From Geobacter metallireducens GS-15 (GTDB lineage Bacteria; Desulfobacterota; Desulfuromonadia; Geobacterales; Geobacteraceae), in contig NC_007517.1 of the NCBI RefSeq assembly GCF_000012925.1, forward strand, positions 2,160,001 through 2,192,000: a DNA stretch of 32,000 bases, in the 5' to 3' direction. Numbering within the stretch: position 1 is the stretch's first letter; each line of letters starts with the position of its first letter. The notes beneath the pieces were generated by a model that made no database searches, was not told the DNA's origin, and saw only the letters and a list, made by a program, of their open reading frames with translations. Shown piece after piece: positions 26,902-32,000 of the stretch. A program made the translations under genes and the position numbers.

Positions 26902-29655
26902 GTGGAGTTTTATCGTCGTATATTGCTGCTGATCATACTATTGCTACCAGGCGTTGTCTGGGGAGAGACACCTCCTTTAAGCGTGGCCTTGTATTATGGC
27001 AAACAGCCGCCAGTCAACGATCTGCACGCCTTTGATATTGTGGTTATTGATCCGGACAGCGGTCTTACTCCGTCCGAGTATGGCAGCGGACGGAGCGAAC
27101 TCTTTGCCTACGTCAGCGTCGGAGAGGCGGACACGGCCCGCTCCTACACGAAGCAAATGCCGGATAGATGGATAATCGGCAAGAATCCGGTATGGAAATC
27201 GAAAATCGTGGATGTTTCCAGCGAAGAGTGGAAACAATTCTTCCTGGATGACGTAGTGGAACCGCTCTGGCAGGCCGGCTATCGCGGTTTTTTCCTGGAC
27301 ACCCTGGATTCCTACCTGATAGCGGCCCCCACTGAGGCTCATCCGCGCATGGAGGCGGGGCTAGTGTCTGTCGTGCGCGCCATTCGGCAACGGCACCCTG
27401 AAGCGCGCCTGATTCTGAATCGCGGCTTCGAGATATTCGACCGCGTCAAAGATCTGGTCTATGCCGTGGCAGCCGAATCCCTGTTCCAGAATTTCAATAC
27501 CGTTAGTGGCAAGTACGGAGCAGTTGACGACAAAGATCGCTCATGGCTGACAAGCCGCCTGAATGTTATCAGGGAAACCGGTGTCCCCGTGATCGCCATC
27601 GACTATGTTGACCCTGGCAACCGTCCCCTGATGAGAGAGACTGCTGATAAAATCAGATCCCTCGGTTTTACCCCCTGGGTGACCGACAAGGACCTGGCAG
27701 GTCTGGGGATAGGGAGCGTGGAGGTTATGCCGCGCACGGTACTCGGTCTGTACGATGGCGGCGAGGGTGCCGGTGGCGATCTCTATTTCACCAACTTGCA
27801 GCGCTATGTGGTAATGCCGCTTAACTACCTCGGCTACACCGTCGAGATGCATGACATGAGAGAGCCGTTGCCGGGGGGCGTACTGAGGGGACGCTACGCA
27901 GGCGCTGTCATATGGCCCTACTCCACCAGTTCAGGCGAAAAGCAGGGGCTCAAGCAGTGGGTCTTGAACTGTGTTGAACAAGGTCTGCCACTGGTTTTTC
28001 TGGAACGGTTCGGCATGAACCTCGACAATGATCTTACCAGTTCACTCGGACTTGGAATGGAATCATACACCCGACTTGAACCGCCGGCCAAGGTTACGGC
28101 AAAGGATGACATGGTTGGCTTCGAGCAGCAACCGCTGCCGCGCATTGATGCCTATCTGCCGATCAGGGCGAACAAGGGCCGGGTTCTGTTGCAGCTTTCA
28201 ACGGCCAATGGCGTCACCAGCGATGCCGTTGTCATCACCCCTTGGGGTGGTTATGTCTCGGGCCCATACGTGGTTACCCAACTCATGGAAAGTCAAGCAG
28301 CATGGGTAATTGACCCCTTCCGTTTTTTCGGCGAGGCACTGAAACTACCGCTGATGCCGGTGCCGGACACAACCACGGAAAACGGGGTTCGCCTCCTCCT
28401 GTCTCATGTGGACGGCGACGGATTTACAAGCCAGGCCGAATGGCCCGGAGGAAAACTGGCCGCCGAGGAGTTGCGAAGCAAGATCCTAGAACGGTACCGA
28501 ATCCCGACTACAATTTCATTCATCACGAGCATTCTGGCTCCTGACGGCCTCTACCCGCAGAAATCGGCCCAGTATGAAGAGATCGCCCACGGTATTCTGG
28601 CACTGCCATGGATCGAGGGTGCCAGCCACTCCTTTTCGCACCCCTTCCGCTGGAAGCCGGACCAGGAGGACACAGGGCTCGAAGCCGAAATATGGCATAC
28701 CCTGAATGTCCCCGGCTACAAATTCAACCTTGAGTCAGAAATCAGCGGCTCTACAAAGTACATCAATGAAAGGCTGATGCCGACCGGCAAGAAAGTGCGC
28801 ATTTTCCAGTGGACAGGCAACTGTCTCCCTTCTCAGGATGCCGTGCGCCTGACTTATGAAAGCGGGCTTCTTAATATCAATGGCGGCGACACCATCATTA
28901 CCAACTCGAACCGCACCCTCACGGCAGTTGCCCCGCTGGGAATAAGCCGCGGTAAATGGTTTCAGGTCTTTGCCCCCAACCAGAACGAGAACGTCTATAC
29001 CGAGCTCTGGATCAGGAATTATTACGGGTACAGGCGCATCATGGAAACTTTCAGCCTGACCGAATCTCCGCGCCGGCTCAAGCCGGTGAACATCTACTAC
29101 CACTTCTATTCGGCCAGCAAGGAAGCCTCCCTGACAGCCCTGCGCCAAGTTTACGACTGGGCCATGGGCCAGCGCCTGTTCGGAATTTTCACCTCCGAAT
29201 ACCTTGAAAAGGCACTCGACTTCAACCGCACCGTAATCGCCCGTAGTGGCGACGAGTGGCTGGTGCGCAACGGAGGCAGCCTTCGCCAACTGCGCATTCC
29301 GTCCCGTGCCGGCTTTCCCCTGCTGGATGATGATTCCAATCTGGCGGGATACAGCGACCTGGGTGACAGCCGCTACCTGCACATGGGCACCGGAGGGGAG
29401 GCCCGGGTAAGGCTCACCGCTACGCCGTCGGCCGGAGTTTCCGTGGAATCCGCCGCAGCCAGGCTGACCGATTTCAGCCGCAACGGTAAAAATATGCGGT
29501 TCTCCCTCTCCGGGTATACTCCCTTCACCGTTAAGCTCACCGGAACCAACGGTTGCACCATACATGCAGATAACGCCACACCTTACTCGGTCAAGGGCGA
29601 CACAACGGTAACTCTCACGGAAGGAAGCCATGCCCTGGCGATCACGTGTAAATAA
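26902..29655 (+). CDS. pelA: PelA-like bifunctional exopolysaccharide glycoside hydrolase (GH114-like TIM barrel) / CE4-type deacetylase
   Basis: GTG 26902 (GAGG 8 nt upstream) gives the signal peptide MEFYRRILLLIILLLPGVVWG. The track start at 26836 is a TTG with no SD. The N-terminal ~260 aa resemble a GH114/PelA hydrolase barrel (FDIVVIDPD...AYVSVGE...GFFLDTLDS...ILNRGFE...IDY). The C-terminal half carries the CE4-like metal motifs LSHVDGDGF and SHSFSHPF. At about 917 aa, the size matches PelA (~950 aa). Confidence 0.8.
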   Translation: MEFYRRILLLIILLLPGVVWGETPPLSVALYYGKQPPVNDLHAFDIVVIDPDSGLTPSEYGSGRSELFAYVSVGEADTARSYTKQMPDRWIIGKNPVWKSKIVDVSSEEWKQFFLDDVVEPLWQAGYRGFFLDTLDSYLIAAPTEAHPRMEAGLVSVVRAIRQRHPEARLILNRGFEIFDRVKDLVYAVAAESLFQNFNTVSGKYGAVDDKDRSWLTSRLNVIRETGVPVIAIDYVDPGNRPLMRETADKIRSLGFTPWVTDKDLAGLGIGSVEVMPRTVLGLYDGGEGAGGDLYFTNLQRYVVMPLNYLGYTVEMHDMREPLPGGVLRGRYAGAVIWPYSTSSGEKQGLKQWVLNCVEQGLPLVFLERFGMNLDNDLTSSLGLGMESYTRLEPPAKVTAKDDMVGFEQQPLPRIDAYLPIRANKGRVLLQLSTANGVTSDAVVITPWGGYVSGPYVVTQLMESQAAWVIDPFRFFGEALKLPLMPVPDTTTENGVRLLLSHVDGDGFTSQAEWPGGKLAAEELRSKILERYRIPTTISFITSILAPDGLYPQKSAQYEEIAHGILALPWIEGASHSFSHPFRWKPDQEDTGLEAEIWHTLNVPGYKFNLESEISGSTKYINERLMPTGKKVRIFQWTGNCLPSQDAVRLTYESGLLNINGGDTIITNSNRTLTAVAPLGISRGKWFQVFAPNQNENVYTELWIRNYYGYRRIMETFSLTESPRRLKPVNIYYHFYSASKEASLTALRQVYDWAMGQRLFGIFTSEYLEKALDFNRTVIARSGDEWLVRNGGSLRQLRIPSRAGFPLLDDDSNLAGYSDLGDSRYLHMGTGGEARVRLTATPSAGVSVESAAARLTDFSRNGKNMRFSLSGYTPFTVKLTGTNGCTIHADNATPYSVKGDTTVTLTEGSHALAITCK

Positions 29656-30529
29656 CCCGCATCCCCTGGAGCGCGCACGTTTTTTAAAGCCGGTGACGGT
29701 ACTGGGTGTCTTTTGTACCTTTGTGGCCGTGCTAGCGTTGCTTTTTCCTGAGCGCAGTCTGCTGAAGAGCCTAGATGGCAAGGAAGATGCCGCCACTATC
29801 CGCTACCGCGAGGAGATTCTGAGGGTGCGCCCGAATGACGCCGGCTTGCGCATCAAGGTAGCAGAATCACTGTTCCGGTCCGGCAATTACCCAAAGACTC
29901 TGGAAACCCTCAAACAGCTCCCCGCCGGTCTTTCCACGGAGCAGAAGCGCACGGTGGCAGAGCTGCGCTACAACACCTTCCAGAACATGCTCCTCGGTGC
30001 AGGGATCGGCACCCCGCAATGGCAGAGCCTGAAACCGCGCGTGCGGTCTGCGGCCATGGAACTGACCGGCCCGAATCCATCGCTATGGCGCCTCCAGCAG
30101 CTGGCGTCCGATGCCCGTAAAGCTGGCGACCTTGATGCCTGGGGTAAATACCAGAAAGAGATCGCAGCACGGGAAGCCACTGCCGTAACGGCCGGTCAGC
30201 CGCGGCAGGATCCTTTCACCCTCGCCCTTGCCCGGCGCGACTACCGCGCGGCAGCGGCAATCTGCTTCAGCGGCATGCACAAGGCCGCCACAGTGCAACA
30301 GCGCCGGGGACTGTTCATGAAAGGCGTGCGCACCCTCCAGGCCGGCAACCTTCCCCTTGAGGCCCTCAGGGCCGGAGAACAGCACCTGGACGGCCTGTCC
30401 GGTGACAGATCCACCCTCATATTCCTGACCAGGGTGAGCCTCGCGGCCAACCAACCGCAACGGGCTCAGTACTTCGTCAGAAAGGCGCTTGGAATGGCGC
30501 CGGACCACAAACCGGCGGATCCATCATGA
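29630..30529 (+). CDS. membrane-anchored helical-repeat (TPR-like) protein, Pel-locus associated
   Basis: 299 aa with one N-terminal TM helix (VTVLGVFCTFVAVLALLF), then an Ala/Leu/Arg-rich helical region. It starts 26 nt inside the pelA-like 3' end (GGAAGGAAG SD), and its stop overlaps the next ATG (ATGA). Codon pattern is consistent with coding. I do not recognise a family. Confidence 0.55.
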   Translation: MPWRSRVNNPHPLERARFLKPVTVLGVFCTFVAVLALLFPERSLLKSLDGKEDAATIRYREEILRVRPNDAGLRIKVAESLFRSGNYPKTLETLKQLPAGLSTEQKRTVAELRYNTFQNMLLGAGIGTPQWQSLKPRVRSAAMELTGPNPSLWRLQQLASDARKAGDLDAWGKYQKEIAAREATAVTAGQPRQDPFTLALARRDYRAAAAICFSGMHKAATVQQRRGLFMKGVRTLQAGNLPLEALRAGEQHLDGLSGDRSTLIFLTRVSLAANQPQRAQYFVRKALGMAPDHKPADPS

Positions 30530-32000
30530 AGATACTGATTGTCATAACAGCAGCCATTATGTTGGCAGTCACACAGTCGAGTGCTCCCTCCCTGTGCCAC
30601 GCCGACCAGGGCATGCCACCGCTAGGCCCCTCCACCCCTTTCAATGCCGAGCTGTACAGCCTTGGCTACGATGTCTTTCTGGCGAACAGCAACCCCCACG
30701 AAGCCTTCCTTCTGGCTGAACGGGCCGTAGCCATACACCCCAACGACATCGACTGGCGCCGCAGGGCTGCCCAGAGCGGCGAATGGTCGGGCAACAGTCT
30801 TGCAGCCCTCGAACACTGGATGCACCTAAACTCTGTGGGGCAGAAGGATGCAGCCGAGAACGCCCTGCGTCTGGCGAGAGCCACACGGCATAACCGTTAT
30901 CTCAAGCAGTTGCTTGAACAACGTGGCCCGGGGAAAACCCGGGAGACTCTTGTCGAGTATGCTTCCGTGTGCGAGGCACTGGGATTGCCGGAGAATGCCA
31001 TAGATCTGCTCGAGCGTCACCGTGGCGGTCCGTACCGCAAAGAGGTCCTGGAGCAGCTTTCCAGGCTGTACGAAGCTGTTGGCCGTCCAAAGCAGGCCGT
31101 TGATGCGCTTTTGGAACAGATGAACGCCTTCGGCCTGACCGAAGAAGGAATCCTCAGGGCTTCCGCGCTTACTTTCGGGACCGGCGACGTCAAAGGTGCC
31201 TACGCTATTCTTGACCGCGGGAGACAGATTATCCCGGCCTCGGCCACAGCCTACTGGCAAAGCTTCGACGATCTTGCCTGGTCGCTTCAGGACATGCAGG
31301 CCGTCGAGCTGGCTTCGCGGAAACTATTGGAGAGTGGCAAGGCACGGGAAGAAGACTACCAGCGCCTGATCCTGCTCGGCAGGGACAACGACCCTAAGGC
31401 CGCCTACCGACTCTCTATGGATGGCTGGCAACGCTTCAGGCGGTCCGATTTTCTCAAATCAGCCCTGGAGTTGGGCATTGCTATGAAAGACTACCGTACC
31501 ACGGCCGACATGCTGACCCGGCAGGAGCGTGAAGGTAATCTGAAACCGCAGGAGCAGGATGCCTATTTCTGGAGCCTAGTCTCCCAGGTTCATCGCGGTA
31601 CAGGTGCGACCGGTGAAAGCATCAGGTGCTATCGCGAAGCCCTCAGGCGTGCACCTACCGATAGTGAACTGGCAGCCGAATATGTCTGGCTGCTGCTGGA
31701 CCTCGACCGGAGGGAGGAGTTGCGGGAGCTGCTCATTGCCTGGAAAGGCCGCGAGAATACGATGCCTTCACTCTACGAACCATTCGGAGCAGCGCTTGCT
31801 TATCTCGGGGAATATCATAAGGCTCTCCCTTACTTCCAGGCCAGATACAGCCAAAAGCGCAGTGATCCCGCCTGGTTGGCGGCCTATGCCGACACCATGG
31901 AGCAGGCCGGTTGGGTGGAGGCTGCTTTCCTTGAACGACTGAATGCACTCGCCCTCAGCCGCAGAAGGATGAAGTCGGCACCGGCCGGCAACGGCGGGGA
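30526..32000 (+). CDS. secreted TPR-repeat protein, PelB-like N-terminal part (continues beyond the window end)
   Basis: My translation from ATG 30526 is open to the window edge (491 codons), so it is missing from the ORF track. It starts with the signal peptide MKILIVITAAIMLAVTQSSAPSLCHA. Repeated TPR-like helical pairs follow (LANSNPHEAFLLAERAVAIHPNDIDWRRRAAQS, YREALRRAPTDSELAAEYVWLL, and others). Confidence 0.6.
   Translation, partial: MKILIVITAAIMLAVTQSSAPSLCHADQGMPPLGPSTPFNAELYSLGYDVFLANSNPHEAFLLAERAVAIHPNDIDWRRRAAQSGEWSGNSLAALEHWMHLNSVGQKDAAENALRLARATRHNRYLKQLLEQRGPGKTRETLVEYASVCEALGLPENAIDLLERHRGGPYRKEVLEQLSRLYEAVGRPKQAVDALLEQMNAFGLTEEGILRASALTFGTGDVKGAYAILDRGRQIIPASATAYWQSFDDLAWSLQDMQAVELASRKLLESGKAREEDYQRLILLGRDNDPKAAYRLSMDGWQRFRRSDFLKSALELGIAMKDYRTTADMLTRQEREGNLKPQEQDAYFWSLVSQVHRGTGATGESIRCYREALRRAPTDSELAAEYVWLLLDLDRREELRELLIAWKGRENTMPSLYEPFGAALAYLGEYHKALPYFQARYSQKRSDPAWLAAYADTMEQAGWVEAAFLERLNALALSRRRMKSAPAGNGG

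Noticed and set aside
28735-29796. A 353-aa minus-strand ORF antisense to the 3' part of the PelA-like gene and the start of the next ORF.
   Set aside because: It is Gly/Arg/Ala-rich with no motifs. It sits opposite a frame with clear CE4 motifs and crosses a gene boundary.

Overview
This window looks like a mostly housekeeping chromosomal segment from a GC-rich Gram-negative anaerobe. Gene content and order suggest a Geobacter/Desulfuromonadales-like organism, but that is inference only.

Gene map, left to right:
- Minus strand: ykgJ-like, xseB, ispA and dxs (dxs runs off the left edge).
- Minus strand: a long purine/pyrimidine block of purB, mscS-like, purL, purQ, purF and pyrE.
- Minus strand: an MBL-fold hydrolase and an orphan membrane sensor histidine kinase.
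- Plus strand: gap, then pgk-tpiA-secG-tRNA-Leu(GAG).
- A decayed integrase fragment, then a convergent tRNA-Cys(GCA) and a small Cys/His-rich ORF.
- Minus strand: a lytic transglycosylase and pgsA.
- Plus strand: nadB, chorismate mutase and a 69-aa ACT/ferredoxin-like mini-gene.
- Minus strand: a Memo-like (AmmeMemoRadiSam B) gene, then an M50 protease, trpS, scpA and scpB.
- Plus strand, at the right edge: a Pel-type exopolysaccharide locus with a PelA-like hydrolase/deacetylase, a membrane-anchored helical-repeat ORF and a secreted TPR protein that runs off the window.

I see no CRISPR array, no intact mobile element and no obvious defence or toxin cassette, so I cannot point to a clearly novel multi-gene system.

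The observations most worth a second look are:
1. The free-standing chorismate mutase and DAHP-synthase-type regulatory domain gene pair, which has no catalytic barrel nearby.
2. The Pel-like locus, in which the PelB-like scaffold appears to be split.
3. The integrase remnant, frameshifted at a C8 run and trapped between two convergent tRNAs.
4. A roughly 7-kb lower-GC block covering the kinase, the glycolytic genes and the tRNAs.

All functional calls come from reading motifs in the translations. No database search was run.
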